The notes under the pieces: generated by a model
The model's database searches: none
Told to the model about the DNA's origin: nothing
The model's input: only the letters and a program-made list of their open reading frames with translations
Program-made: the position numbers and the translations under genes
NCBI RefSeq assembly: GCF_006345805.1
Contig: NC_043014.1
Span: 47,244,001-47,308,000 of the forward strand
Length of the DNA: 64,000 bases
Source of the DNA: Octopus sinensis
Taxonomy: Eukaryota
Direction of reading: 5' to 3'
Shown: positions 63,795-64,000 of the stretch, piece after piece
Numbering within the stretch: position 1 is the first letter of the stretch
Layout of the letters: the number at the start of each line of letters is the position of its first letter

Positions 63795-64000
63795 ACACAT
63801 ATATGTCTGAGTGTTTATATATGCATAAGTGCACAAATGTTTGCTGCTGTAGCCCGAATTTATAGTCAGGGATGCCACCATAGCTGCTGTCCTGCTGCTG
63901 CTACGGCAACAATGATGATTCTGTCAGTAATAGTTCAACAACCTCAGATAGAGTAACTGTTCTTGATTCATTCCTTACCATTTAACGGTTTGCTTTTAGA

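Overview
Repeat-saturated, AT-rich metazoan genomic DNA, most likely from an octopod cephalopod (Octopus). That assignment is inferred from recalled octopus SINE sequences and the very dense (TA)n/(CA)n microsatellites; it was not searched. Nearly all ORFs in the supplied track are microsatellite or SINE read-throughs. Host gene: two phase-compatible + strand exons (23710-23804 and 44228-44321, 20.4 kb intron) join to MFDVQNIYGTPQITRKQQQSLRPRRMTLIDLRNVRLEEDDARFRRTASGTIKFEGSGGQFSSK. Its end resembles the start of the TRPM-channel MHR region, but this is tentative. Mobile DNA: several tRNA-head SINE families, an RTE-tailed non-autonomous family, 3' fragments of RTE, CR1 and R4/Dong-type LINEs, and hAT, Tc1/mariner, piggyBac-like and Helitron-like non-autonomous elements. 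Most notable signal: hammerhead-ribozyme motifs, probably Penelope-like-element remnants, several inside fold-back inverted repeats. One copy has an intact catalytic core (2006-2056) and another has a G3:C8 swapped core. Also notable: two ~1 kb tandem duplications bounded by microsatellites, long target-site duplications (33-47 bp), module swapping between SINEs, and an 83-bp satellite with a higher-order dimer. No rRNA, bona fide tRNA gene or CRISPR array was seen.
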